From the IMG/VR virus record IMGVR_UViG_3300021138_000015: a stretch of 64,000 bases of DNA. The stretch is one strand, 5' to 3'. The translations under genes were made by a program, and so were the position numbers. How positions within the stretch are numbered: position 1 is the stretch's first letter; every line of letters starts with the position of its first letter. The DNA is from an uncultured virus (IMG/VR IMGVR_UViG_3300021138_000015) (lineage: Duplodnaviria > Heunggongvirae > Uroviricota > Caudoviricetes). Below, piece after piece: positions 18,533-28,644 of this stretch. The notes under the pieces were generated by a model that saw only the letters and a list, made by a program, of their open reading frames with translations, made no database searches and was not told where the DNA came from.

Positions 18533-19643
18533 ATCCTGGTCTCATCATATTAATTTGTTGTTGCTTGTAATCTAAGTCAGTCCAACAATAATTAAAAGTA
18601 CCAACAGTTCCATTTACTTCAATTTTATAAATGTCTAGGTGATTACTTAATATTTGTTGTATAGTTTCTGGATGAACAGTGCCAAAACTAGATCTGAGAT
18701 TGACCTGTCCTAATGGTAGATATCCTAAACTTAATTTAGGATCGTTTTTATCGCGATTATTATTGGCTAACCATGCGTAAAAGTTATCAAGTTGAGCTGT
18801 GTGCCATGGCTGATCTTTACTACCATAAACAATATCCTGTCCCCATTCTACATCAAACTCACCTGAATAGTATTTCAATTCTGTAATAGCTTCGCACACA
18901 GTATCTGTTAACTCTGGAGCATGTTCGTCGCGAAATACTTCAAATAGTGTTTTACCTATCTGCGTCCAGTGCATATATACACCACCAAACCGACGGTCAT
19001 ACCCATTGGTAACGAATCCGTTACGGTGCTCGTCTTTAAGGTCTAGTCTATCTGCGTGTAAAAAAGTAGTAATTTGACTAGGACGTACAAACTGTGGTGT
19101 AGTTGCCTGTTTGCGTTGACTTAGACAAAGTGTTTCCATTTCATGGCACAAATTGTTTAACTGTCGTATGGCATATTTTGTTTCATAATCTGCTATTCGA
19201 TAGTAATCGCTTAATGCCCACACTGTACCTTGTAGTATTTCAAAATGGTTGTGTAACTTGTTCATTATACCATGTTTGATGCCAAGCCCTAGGTTACTTT
19301 CATCATAGCCAATGGGATACTCATCACCAAATCGTACTGTGTCAGGAGTAAAATATTCTTCGATAATATAACTATCTAGGCCGGCCTTTTGCCAAGTGCC
19401 TGTTCTATTAAATAAATTTATCTTGTAGATACAACTGTTTAGTTCATTGCAAAGATAACTTAAATTACGTGCAGTATGCGGAAATCCCATAAAACAGAAA
19501 TTTTTTTCTAATAGATTCCCAGACTGTAAAAGATCGGTTAATGCCACAGTCCAATCTTGTGCCAATAAAGAGTCATTGGTCTCTATGATATAGTCTACTA
19601 GATCATTTCTATCTAGCGGGTTGCGTAGTATAACTTTAATCAA
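18510..19643 (-). CDS. hypothetical protein
   Basis: 377-aa ORF coupled to its neighbours; His-containing motifs LHNHFE and LCHEME; family not recognised. Confidence 0.75.
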   Translation of the reverse strand: MIKVILRNPLDRNDLVDYIIETNDSLLAQDWTVALTDLLQSGNLLEKNFCFMGFPHTARNLSYLCNELNSCIYKINLFNRTGTWQKAGLDSYIIEEYFTPDTVRFGDEYPIGYDESNLGLGIKHGIMNKLHNHFEILQGTVWALSDYYRIADYETKYAIRQLNNLCHEMETLCLSQRKQATTPQFVRPSQITTFLHADRLDLKDEHRNGFVTNGYDRRFGGVYMHWTQIGKTLFEVFRDEHAPELTDTVCEAITELKYYSGEFDVEWGQDIVYGSKDQPWHTAQLDNFYAWLANNNRDKNDPKLSLGYLPLGQVNLRSSFGTVHPETIQQILSNHLDIYKIEVNGTVGTFNYCWTDLDYKQQQINMMRPGYDYSSRG

Positions 19644-20934
19644 TTTGATTCCACCATTCTAATACCGCAGGTCGTTCTGCTAGTATATCTTGCATAGTAT
19701 ACTGATCTTTACGAATTTTTTCAAGAGTTAATATTCGGCGTTTGCCCTTTTGGAGCCCAGCTAGCCAGTCCGCGGGCCATTGTTCTTGAAATGTGGGTCT
19801 AGTTTTTAGCTGGACAAGTATGTCATGTAGAGCTCCTTTATCAATGGAGTGCAAGATTTCGTCTACCCAAGGATGTAATAATTCTCTAGGTAGTGCTAAG
19901 GGTGACATAACTATGTCCGGGCTAAAACTAAAAACAACTTTGGCTAGTACATCTACTCCGAGTTTTTCTGCGAGCGCCGATACCTTTTCAACTTCAAAGA
20001 GTCCTGGTGTAGTAAGAGTGAAATCCATACGGATTTGGCGGCGGTGTTGGCTGTACGCAATTCCTTCATTGAAGTTCTCAAGCCATTGAGTAAAATTAAG
20101 ACCTGATCGAATATACTCTCCAATTCGGCCTGTGCCATCAATGCTTGCGCAGATTTGCCAGTCTCGTAGCCTAGCCAAAATATCACGATACAAATTAATA
20201 CCACGATAATTAACCCGACTGAGATTTGTGTTATACCTAGCGTAAACATTTGGACCATCTCCTAATTCTATTATTCTCTGCATATACCGCCAATGCTGTT
20301 CATACATTAGCGGTTCGCCACCGACCCAGTATATTTCTTCTACCCGATGTTCCTCTACTGCTTCTGCAAACTCTTGCTCAATCTGTGTATTCTGAAACTG
20401 TTCAATTTGTTGTTTAACTTCAGGCTTCATCCAATTGTTTTTTGGATTGGTGTAGTCAATCATTGCGTGTTGGCGCTGTTCTGACTCCCAGGCACTACTT
20501 AACATATCGCCACACATACGGCATTTAAAATTACAGAGATTACTAAAACGATAATCCCAGCTTACCGGCTTTACTGTTGTAAACCCTGTAACGTCAGTTG
20601 CTGCCATTGCGTCTAAATACTTATGCCCAAACAGCTGGTTAAAATAGCTACGGTAAACATCTGTGTTTAAAAGTCGATCATTACAGACTTCACACTCAGG
20701 TAATGTTTCCCCGGCCATCATACGACGCCGTACAGATCGCATATGATCACTGTTCCAGTGTTCATCTAGGGTAACAGGAATGTATCGTCCAGTGCCTGAG
20801 CCGGTATCTATATACTGTTCAAAGTTTTGTGCTGGTTCACGGCTGGCACAACACATACGTCGTTCAGTCTGCGGACTTAGGTATGTGTGGGTCCAGGGTG
20901 CCATGCATAGTGTGTCAGGTTTCTGCATATTCAA
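19636..20934 (-). CDS. radical SAM protein with N-terminal twitch (half-SPASM) domain
   Basis: CMAPW..MCC..CEVC, then CNFKCRMC and GGEP. Confidence 0.9.
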   Translation of the reverse strand: MNMQKPDTLCMAPWTHTYLSPQTERRMCCASREPAQNFEQYIDTGSGTGRYIPVTLDEHWNSDHMRSVRRRMMAGETLPECEVCNDRLLNTDVYRSYFNQLFGHKYLDAMAATDVTGFTTVKPVSWDYRFSNLCNFKCRMCGDMLSSAWESEQRQHAMIDYTNPKNNWMKPEVKQQIEQFQNTQIEQEFAEAVEEHRVEEIYWVGGEPLMYEQHWRYMQRIIELGDGPNVYARYNTNLSRVNYRGINLYRDILARLRDWQICASIDGTGRIGEYIRSGLNFTQWLENFNEGIAYSQHRRQIRMDFTLTTPGLFEVEKVSALAEKLGVDVLAKVVFSFSPDIVMSPLALPRELLHPWVDEILHSIDKGALHDILVQLKTRPTFQEQWPADWLAGLQKGKRRILTLEKIRKDQYTMQDILAERPAVLEWWNQID

Positions 20935-21877
20935 TTATCTGATTAACTATTTCGTTGACAAATCGTTGTTCAACTATATCGTTATTAAAAAATAAATTTC
21001 TATTATGTTCTAACTTTTCCCAGGTTATCTGATCATACGGCACCTGCACAAAATCTTCGACGCATTTTTTTATCATTGGCAATTTGTGGTATATATCTGG
21101 CGCTTGATCGTAGGATTCGTTAAACAAATTTTCAAATGTTTCAAATCCTAAGTTTTTTAAAAATGCCAAAACTCCAGGTTGACCGTAGACTATAAATGGA
21201 TGCCAAAATGCCAACGGTTTAAAAGTTTTTTCTGTGACAAATATACCTGTAGCGTTGTCGGCTTGACTTTCTGCTACTATACTAAAGTAAGTATTGTTGT
21301 ACCACTCAGGGTTAAAATTTCTCTGAAACTGTGTATTGGGATTATTGTAATTATGGCAGTAATTACCAATGGCATCGGTACTTAGATCAGGTGCGGTATC
21401 GTTGGGTAAATAAATTCCTTTTTCGACGTAACTATAAATCATATCATCTAAATAGGGGTGTAGACTATCTAATAATTGATCTCTACTGTATCGTTGCATA
21501 CGCATAGGCATAAAGGCCAGTTTGCTGTAGGTTTTATTTGGTATATAATTATGATAGCCAAGGGGCCGATACCATAGACTTTCGTTATACCAAAACCAAT
21601 TGTTGTTATGTAACAACATGTTTGGAAATGGTCTGGTAGCGTCGGTACTGACTTTTTCCCATAAATGATCAACTAAAACTTTTACACCACTATTAATTAA
21701 TTTTTTCGCCCAGGCAGCTTCTTTATTATATGTACCAACAATGGCCAATGATGTATTTTTATCGTACGTGACATTGGGATCATATTCAACTAGGTTAAAA
21801 TATTTTGTCAGCAGAGGCTTGAGATACCACGAATTAAATGATGTATGCTCGTGCTGTATTAAAGTTATTTTATTCAT
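20915..21877 (-). CDS. GT10-like protein (paralogue 3)
   Basis: IVAES...VTEKTFKPL...PF..YG...L..LGFETF..LFNESYD. Confidence 0.6.
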   Translation of the reverse strand: MNKITLIQHEHTSFNSWYLKPLLTKYFNLVEYDPNVTYDKNTSLAIVGTYNKEAAWAKKLINSGVKVLVDHLWEKVSTDATRPFPNMLLHNNNWFWYNESLWYRPLGYHNYIPNKTYSKLAFMPMRMQRYSRDQLLDSLHPYLDDMIYSYVEKGIYLPNDTAPDLSTDAIGNYCHNYNNPNTQFQRNFNPEWYNNTYFSIVAESQADNATGIFVTEKTFKPLAFWHPFIVYGQPGVLAFLKNLGFETFENLFNESYDQAPDIYHKLPMIKKCVEDFVQVPYDQITWEKLEHNRNLFFNNDIVEQRFVNEIVNQIIEYAET

Positions 21878-23087
21878 AGCCCATTGCGCTGGCTATTTCT
21901 GGGTGCGTATCCATAAAGTTTTGCTTACGGTATGCATCAGTACGTTGCATTTCAAATAAGAAACGTTTGCCATCACTGCCTGTTCCATTTTCAATGAACT
22001 TAATCACATTATCAATTTCTTGTTGATACTTGTCGGTAGTCCAAAATGTTGTCTTAAGTTTGTTTAATACTAACTCTTGTGCTCTAGGGGTCATGTTTTG
22101 TATATTCATGTACTCTGGACTATGCATCATGTTAAAGTATATGCTGGTAAAACCTTTAGTGTTTGCCCAGGCAAGTAGTTCATCTAGGTAATAGACGTTC
22201 TGTATGTTTATAGTAAAACATAACTGTGTAGTGATATTTCCACAATGTGGCTTGTTGGTCATGTTGTTAACTACATCAACAATCTCGTTAGCACGATCCC
22301 ACCGAGCACCATAACGTTCATATTCAAAGCGATCACCTACGTTGTCAATGCTAAAGGCAACATCAACACGGCCAAACTCTGCCCAGAGATCAAACAAGGT
22401 TGTGTCCCATTGCGTAGCATTTGTATTGTAGTGTATATCAATATGTTTTGCGTGGCCTGTTTGACAAGCAAACTTTAATAGATCTTTATGCTCTTCAATC
22501 ATCCAAGGCTCACCGCCAGTGAACTCTATATACTTGATATTAGGAATAAGTTCACGCATATTGTCCCAGAATGTTTCAGTCTTGCGTGGCCATGCACCTT
22601 GCCGTAACCATGTGTAGGCAATATGTTCTTTAGGATTAGTATGTTCTTTAACATACTGCATTTCTTCTTCGGCCCATTTACTACTCGACCAGGATCCGCA
22701 GATGCGGCATTTAAGATTACAAATATTACCTAACTTTAGATCAACAAACCATAATTGATCTGGATTATCATTTGCCCAATCTACCTGTTGGTATAGTTCT
22801 TTTAATCGAATCTGACTGTTAATGCGTTTGCTATCACGTCCTGCTGCTTCTTCGTCCCAGCATCTTTTACAAGTATTGGGCTTTTCCCCGCGACGGAATT
22901 GTTGACGTAAATCTTGCATATACTGACTATGATATACTACTTCAAGATTAGTTTCATTTAAATCGTACTTACGACCAGTTTCGTCTACAATCTCATCATC
23001 GGCTAAACAGCAAGGGCGTGTAGTGCCTAATGGACTAGTTTCAATACTGATCCATGGTAACATACATATAGTTGTAGGTAATGTCAT
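21870..23087 (-). CDS. N-terminal-twitch radical SAM protein
   Basis: CMLPW..PCC..CKRC; CNLKCRIC; GGEP; YNTN. Confidence 0.9.
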   Translation of the reverse strand: MTLPTTICMLPWISIETSPLGTTRPCCLADDEIVDETGRKYDLNETNLEVVYHSQYMQDLRQQFRRGEKPNTCKRCWDEEAAGRDSKRINSQIRLKELYQQVDWANDNPDQLWFVDLKLGNICNLKCRICGSWSSSKWAEEEMQYVKEHTNPKEHIAYTWLRQGAWPRKTETFWDNMRELIPNIKYIEFTGGEPWMIEEHKDLLKFACQTGHAKHIDIHYNTNATQWDTTLFDLWAEFGRVDVAFSIDNVGDRFEYERYGARWDRANEIVDVVNNMTNKPHCGNITTQLCFTINIQNVYYLDELLAWANTKGFTSIYFNMMHSPEYMNIQNMTPRAQELVLNKLKTTFWTTDKYQQEIDNVIKFIENGTGSDGKRFLFEMQRTDAYRKQNFMDTHPEIASAMGYE

Positions 23088-24418
23088 TGTAATTGTTTGA
23101 ACTCCGGAAATGTAGCCCAGAAGTCTTCTCCGCGTAAATCATCTAATAATTTAATCTCTTCAACAAACCGCGGCCATAGATCATTACGATCGTTTGCTGT
23201 TAAAAAGTTTAAGACACTTTGAAATCCTACTGTAGCACGACGTAGTTTATCCTGCGAATCTAACCATTCGATATGACGTTGATATGCTGGAATAATAACT
23301 TCTTTCTTAAACCATTCAGGAAAAATATCAACTCGATACCATTCTGGACTTTGGCAAATATTAATGTTAAAGTCCTTGGGTTCAATTAGGCCCAGATCAA
23401 CCCATTCTCGATGAAAATCTAACACGTGTAAGATATTCATAGCACTGATTGTGGCACTGATATAAAAATCCACATGTGGTACTTCTCGCATCATGCGCCT
23501 ACGATTTTCAACTGCTTGTTGCCAATCTGTGCCTTTACGCATTAGCTCCGCTCTAGCTCCGCTGGCATCTAGGCTGGCTCCTACGTTTACTGTTTCAAAT
23601 TTTTTCCAATAATCAAACACGTGACGGTCTTTAAAACGCATTTCACTAAAGTTTGTATTATAGATTAATCTACAATCTGTTTTATCTTGTTCCAATAGTC
23701 GATCTAGTAGGAAATAATGTTCTTTCATAATCAATGGTTCGCCACCAGCAAAATAGACCTGCTCTAAGTTAGGAATATGTGGTTCCATTTGACGTTGCAT
23801 ACTGTCTTCGTCGCCTGCAGCATATTCTACACGTAGCATTTCACGTCCAAGAACATCGGGCTTGCGATCATACATTTTAACATGGTCGTTGTACCAGTTG
23901 CTACTGAAAATAGGACCACAGGTGCGACAACTAAAATTACAGAGATTACTAAAACGTATATCCCAGTAACGAATTTTAAACTCTGGGTTAGTTCCATCCT
24001 CTAGTGTTAAATCTACGTCATTGATATAGTGTCCTTGATTACGATTTGCTTCATTACGCATACTAAAGAATCCATTTTCTTCTTGTTCATAACATTTAGT
24101 ACATTCTATACAAGGACGATCTTCAAGCATGTTACGACGCATGGTCCGGTACCCATCTTGGTTCCAAACTTCCTCCATGGTATTTTTACGCAGGTCGCCC
24201 ACTGGGTGCCAATAGTCTGCTAGACAACAAGGATATGTACGGCCATCTGGAAAGGCATGCATATGAGTCCATGGCAATATACAAAATGTTTTGCTTTCGG
24301 TTAAGCGTTTAATTTGTAATTCTGTTAGATCTTCCTCGTCTATATAGTAAGGCATCTTACTCATATAGTCGTAGCCTTTTTTATAAAATGCTTTTTGACG
24401 TTCTGCTTTATCTGTCAT
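23084..24418 (-). CDS. N-terminal-twitch radical SAM protein
   Basis: CILPW..PCC..CTKC; CNFSCRTC; GGEP; YNTN. Confidence 0.9.
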   Translation of the reverse strand: MTDKAERQKAFYKKGYDYMSKMPYYIDEEDLTELQIKRLTESKTFCILPWTHMHAFPDGRTYPCCLADYWHPVGDLRKNTMEEVWNQDGYRTMRRNMLEDRPCIECTKCYEQEENGFFSMRNEANRNQGHYINDVDLTLEDGTNPEFKIRYWDIRFSNLCNFSCRTCGPIFSSNWYNDHVKMYDRKPDVLGREMLRVEYAAGDEDSMQRQMEPHIPNLEQVYFAGGEPLIMKEHYFLLDRLLEQDKTDCRLIYNTNFSEMRFKDRHVFDYWKKFETVNVGASLDASGARAELMRKGTDWQQAVENRRRMMREVPHVDFYISATISAMNILHVLDFHREWVDLGLIEPKDFNINICQSPEWYRVDIFPEWFKKEVIIPAYQRHIEWLDSQDKLRRATVGFQSVLNFLTANDRNDLWPRFVEEIKLLDDLRGEDFWATFPEFKQLQ

Positions 24419-25770
24419 ATTGAATTATACCATTCTGCTAAATTTGGAAATGTTGCTGTAAAGTTCTTGTTGCGACGTTGGTCATATTGACTATAAAATT
24501 GTTTAAAATCCTGTTGCAATACTGATTGTTCAGCAGCGCCCATGTGCGGTGTTTTAACCACATCAAGATAATCTATTAGTCGCTGAACTTGATTAAGTTC
24601 CATTTGATGTAAAAAACCTGAATTCTGATTTTCATCTAACCAACGTTGTAGACGAATTCGATAACTGGTTCGTAAATTATCCGGTAAAACCAATGGACTT
24701 TGAAAACTAGGGAATCTTAAAATATTTAGTGTAAATGTTGGAAAGTCTTTGCCCCATTCACGCTTCCAGTTTAATAACACATCTAAGAATGTGTCAAGAC
24801 TATCTAGGCATAATGCGTTAATGGTACACATCATATGAAATCCTTCTATGTGTGCATTCTGTAATACTCGTTCTACATTGTCTGCCCAGGTTTGCCATAC
24901 AAGCCCGTCGCGAATGTACTCTGACTGTATGCCCACAGCTTCATTGCTGGTATATAAATGGAAATGTTTAATATGATGTGTAGCTTCGATCATGCGATCT
25001 ATTAGGTCATCTTTGGCACCTAGATTACTGTTAAGTGCAAACCGCATCTCAGGATTAACTTCTTTAGTTCGAAACCAATCTAATAGTCTCCAGGTATCTC
25101 CAGACATTAAGGGTTCGCCACCGGTTAGTCGAAGCTCCTGTAGTGTACGACTGAGGTCTGTTCCCCACCATTTAAAGAACGCCTCAACGTAAGGATTATG
25201 CTCACCAAAACGATATAGCTGACTGCTTGCATGACTATGAGTAAAATGATTCCTACCGTCTGAAGTGAGGCCGGTATAAGAGCCATTGGTGTCAATATCC
25301 CGAACCCAAGTGCTGCTGAAAGCAGGGTTACAGTAACTACACCCAAAATTGCATGTGCGATCAAAAGCGATTTCAAGCGTCTGTAGATCCACATCTGTGC
25401 TGGCAGGCCTAGCATAGGCATCTCTTAGATCCTCATCTGAATATATAACTGTTTTGTAAACTCTATCACTTATATTATCTCGACCAATGTCTTCTATCTT
25501 CCAGCAATACTCACAACCTGTGGGACGCTCGCCTCGTTGCATCTGCTCGCGTTCCATTTTTTTCTTTTGTGTATTGTGTAATGCCTTGGGATTTCTTTCA
25601 ATTTCATTGATATTTATTTGATGTGGCAATGGATGATGACAACTTGTGGTTTGCCCAGATCCCAACCATATTGTGGCGTTGTAATACTTTGCTGCACACC
25701 AACTCTCACTCTTGATGTCAATTACTCTTTTTTTGTATTGATGAAAATTTTCACCTGGCAATAATGGCAT
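24415..25770 (-). CDS. N-terminal-twitch radical SAM protein (C-H-H subtype)
   Basis: CAAKY..SCHHP..CEYCW; CNFGCSYC; GGEP. Confidence 0.9.
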   Translation of the reverse strand: MPLLPGENFHQYKKRVIDIKSESWCAAKYYNATIWLGSGQTTSCHHPLPHQININEIERNPKALHNTQKKKMEREQMQRGERPTGCEYCWKIEDIGRDNISDRVYKTVIYSDEDLRDAYARPASTDVDLQTLEIAFDRTCNFGCSYCNPAFSSTWVRDIDTNGSYTGLTSDGRNHFTHSHASSQLYRFGEHNPYVEAFFKWWGTDLSRTLQELRLTGGEPLMSGDTWRLLDWFRTKEVNPEMRFALNSNLGAKDDLIDRMIEATHHIKHFHLYTSNEAVGIQSEYIRDGLVWQTWADNVERVLQNAHIEGFHMMCTINALCLDSLDTFLDVLLNWKREWGKDFPTFTLNILRFPSFQSPLVLPDNLRTSYRIRLQRWLDENQNSGFLHQMELNQVQRLIDYLDVVKTPHMGAAEQSVLQQDFKQFYSQYDQRRNKNFTATFPNLAEWYNSI

Positions 25771-25978
25771 AATCTATTTCTTTACCTTCTCTAATAAGTT
25801 TAACATCGTATCCTGCTTTTTTAGTAGCGATTAATTTGTTAATATTGTTTTGTTCTAAAATTTTGTCTTTGCCCTGGCGATTCCATGTCCAATCGCTTTT
25901 TATTTCATATACAACATTTTCTATTATAAAATCACTTAGATACCATCGTGGTTTTCCATAGTAATCAATTCTTGGCAT
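25751..25978 (-). CDS. short PD-(D/E)XK-type endonuclease-like ORF, possibly a remnant of a mobile nuclease
   Basis: YLSDFII..VVYEIKS.W motif; only 75 aa. Confidence 0.5.
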   Translation of the reverse strand: MPRIDYYGKPRWYLSDFIIENVVYEIKSDWTWNRQGKDKILEQNNINKLIATKKAGYDVKLIREGKEIDYAIIAR

Positions 25979-27350
25979 GGTATTCGCATTCTTTCCAAAA
26001 TTCTCGCATTTCTGGAAATGTATTTAAAAAATTAGTATTACGACGTTTATCGTGTTCGTTGAAAAATCTGTAAAAATCTGCACGTTGCAGTTTAACATAA
26101 TCTGGTGCCAACTTGCTACCTTCCCGCATCCAATCTATGTCGCGGCGCAAGCGTTGTACTTCATAATCTTTGAATCCGTGGAATGGATTGTCGGCTGTTT
26201 CTAAATTAAGTTCCATCCAGTCGGCTACACGCTCTAATACCCCAACATACACAGGAGGAAGTATTTGTAAACTCTGCCATCGAGGTTGTCTAAGCAATGG
26301 TGTATCAAACCAAACACGTTGATATGTACTGCTAAATCGACGACGCATGCTCAGTATCCAGTCCAGCTGATGCTGTAGACCCAGTACCGATAAGTTATTC
26401 ATTGTAATAATAAATGTTAGGCTATTGCGGTAAGGTATTTCTTCTAAGAACCTTTGCGAATTAGTATACATTCGATTGAAGTCTAACCCATGCCTGATAT
26501 ATTCTGCGTGTGAAGGAATGCCAGAGTCTACACTCACATACTGCATGAAATGTTCAATCTGTGTCGAACATAACTGTTTTACGTAGTCCATATATTTGTT
26601 AAACAATCCGTCTTCTACACTAAAATTACTGGTTACATTTAAGTGTAACTCAGGATTGGGTAATGCTAGTACATAGTCAAATACTTTATATGTATTCCGA
26701 TCCATTAGCGGTTCACCACCGGTCATGCGGAAATGTTTTAATTTTGGGTATAGTTCTGGCCACCACTCCCAAAACGCATCTACGTAGGGGTTAGATTGAC
26801 TAACAGGGATGGGTCTATTTCGACCTGTAAAATGGCTAGCGTCATTATGAATACTGCTAGTAGGATAACCACCCCAACGATCAATTTCTGCTTGCCATGT
26901 ACTGCTGAACTGTGGGCTACAATAACTGCAAGCCAGATTACAAGCATGATTAAAATTAACTTCGACATAACTTGGAATAACATCTTCGTTTCCTTTTAAA
27001 TTTACAATTACGTCATAATCTTCTGCGGCCCACCGTTCACCAGAACGATAGTGACGATCACTTAACTGTCCATGTGCTTCTATGTTCCAGCAATAACTAC
27101 ATTCTGCGGGTTTTTCCTGTTGTAACATCAAGACACGCTGTTTCTTTTTATGTTCAGTGTTATGTAGTGCGCCTGGGTTGTCTGCTAAGACGTCAGGATC
27201 AATTTCATGCAATGGTGGGTGATAACAACTGTTATTAAGTCCGGTTGGTAAATGTAGACTTACCTGTTTCCATTTAGCCAAGCAGAGTGCTGGACCTAAA
27301 TTTTCTTTCATCCATTCGGCACTGGCCATAAAGTCACTTTTATTGGTCAT
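25965..27350 (-). CDS. N-terminal-twitch radical SAM protein (C-Y-H subtype)
   Basis: CLAKW..SCYHP..CSYCW; CNLACSYC; GGEP. Confidence 0.9.
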   Translation of the reverse strand: MTNKSDFMASAEWMKENLGPALCLAKWKQVSLHLPTGLNNSCYHPPLHEIDPDVLADNPGALHNTEHKKKQRVLMLQQEKPAECSYCWNIEAHGQLSDRHYRSGERWAAEDYDVIVNLKGNEDVIPSYVEVNFNHACNLACSYCSPQFSSTWQAEIDRWGGYPTSSIHNDASHFTGRNRPIPVSQSNPYVDAFWEWWPELYPKLKHFRMTGGEPLMDRNTYKVFDYVLALPNPELHLNVTSNFSVEDGLFNKYMDYVKQLCSTQIEHFMQYVSVDSGIPSHAEYIRHGLDFNRMYTNSQRFLEEIPYRNSLTFIITMNNLSVLGLQHQLDWILSMRRRFSSTYQRVWFDTPLLRQPRWQSLQILPPVYVGVLERVADWMELNLETADNPFHGFKDYEVQRLRRDIDWMREGSKLAPDYVKLQRADFYRFFNEHDKRRNTNFLNTFPEMREFWKECEYHAKN

Positions 27351-28294
27351 TGTAATCTATCGAGTATTTTCTTGTTGTATAGCAAAGTATCTTGCATGTC
27401 TTTATACATCTGTTGTCTATCACTTATGCTTAATGTGTCAAGAAAATCTATCACAGTGTATATTTTTTTGATTCTTTCGTACTGTTGATAATCATCATAA
27501 CTTTCGTCCCACCATTGATTAAATGTTTGAAATCCATATTTTGCTCGAAGATTTGATAAAAATCCCTGTGGACCATATGTAATAAATGGTGTTAATGCTA
27601 ACATAGGACGAAACGTTTTTTCGGTCGTAAAAAATGTTTTACCAGTTGTATACGTTTCAGCAACCACATCAACAAAAAAATCATTATAAAATTTAATAAT
27701 TTCCATATTTTCGTTGAATTCTGGTTTATGTCCTGGATGTCCTGGTAAGGGCTGTGGATTAGTTTTTAAATATTCAATAACATTATATAATTCTTGAGGT
27801 GCATACATAATTACATTATCCAGTGATACTGTATTATGTTGTCGTTCTTCTAATGTAACATTGCAGGCTAATAACGAATTAGTTTGTGTTCTACGTTTTA
27901 TATAACTTAATAAGCATAATCTATTCCAACTTGGAATGTTATACAGGCACCCAAATAATTTTTTTGTAACATCTTTGTTGGGCACAAAATTCCGTTTATT
28001 TGCTTCTAGTTTTGCTGTTTGTATCCAGTGTTGATGGCGTATAACAATATCATAATCGTTGTTAATTTCATCGGCATTCCAGGTTATTATTCTTATATTT
28101 TTTTTATTAAAATTAAATTGTTCGCAAACATAATCTAACATTTTATACAAGCCAATGGCTTCGGCGTCGGGTCCTTCACCATTCATAATAATAGTTGCCG
28201 ATCCACTGGTTTGGTATTCTTTTATCAAATCAGTTACAATATTTTCTTTTTGAAATATTTCATTATGGCTTGTAACTACACGTATCATTTTCAT
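27347..28294 (-). CDS. GT10-like protein (paralogue 4)
   Basis: VVAET...FTTEKTFRP...PF..YG...L...GFQTF..WWDESYD. Confidence 0.6.
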   Translation of the reverse strand: MKMIRVVTSHNEIFQKENIVTDLIKEYQTSGSATIIMNGEGPDAEAIGLYKMLDYVCEQFNFNKKNIRIITWNADEINNDYDIVIRHQHWIQTAKLEANKRNFVPNKDVTKKLFGCLYNIPSWNRLCLLSYIKRRTQTNSLLACNVTLEERQHNTVSLDNVIMYAPQELYNVIEYLKTNPQPLPGHPGHKPEFNENMEIIKFYNDFFVDVVAETYTTGKTFFTTEKTFRPMLALTPFITYGPQGFLSNLRAKYGFQTFNQWWDESYDDYQQYERIKKIYTVIDFLDTLSISDRQQMYKDMQDTLLYNKKILDRLQ

Positions 28295-28644
28295 TCGCTT
28301 AAGTGATCTTTCTTAATTTCTCTAACCTTGCATCCTAGTATTTCAGCAATATTATTTTTTATAACAACACGCTTATTATTCCGGTCACGTATAGCAATAG
28401 CACGCCTGCCAATTTCCTCAAGACTTAATTCTGATTCTCTACCTGATTTAAGCAACGCTTCTAAAGTCCAAATTTCACTGTGTATATTATACAATTCATC
28501 AATTTGATCTTTTACCAGTGATAGATCATATGATTGTAATTGTTCGCTATAAAAATCAAGTTCGGCCTGATTTGCCTGTGTTTTACTAAATTTTAATTTT
28601 GCAATAGCATATCTATCAACTAATTCAATTACAGGAAATATCAT
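28291..28644 (-). CDS. helical protein, DUF6165/DUF4254-like
   Basis: ELVDR..I.KLK...IW.LE...N..R...K..I pattern. Confidence 0.5.
   Translation of the reverse strand: MIFPVIELVDRYAIAKLKFSKTQANQAELDFYSEQLQSYDLSLVKDQIDELYNIHSEIWTLEALLKSGRESELSLEEIGRRAIAIRDRNNKRVVIKNNIAEILGCKVREIKKDHLSE

Noticed and set aside
19636..27350. Queuosine/7-deazaguanine DNA modification (QueE) or anaerobic RNR/PFL activases
   Set aside because: The proteins are over 400 aa with N-terminal twitch domains; no folE/queC/queD/dpdA or nrdD gene is in the window.
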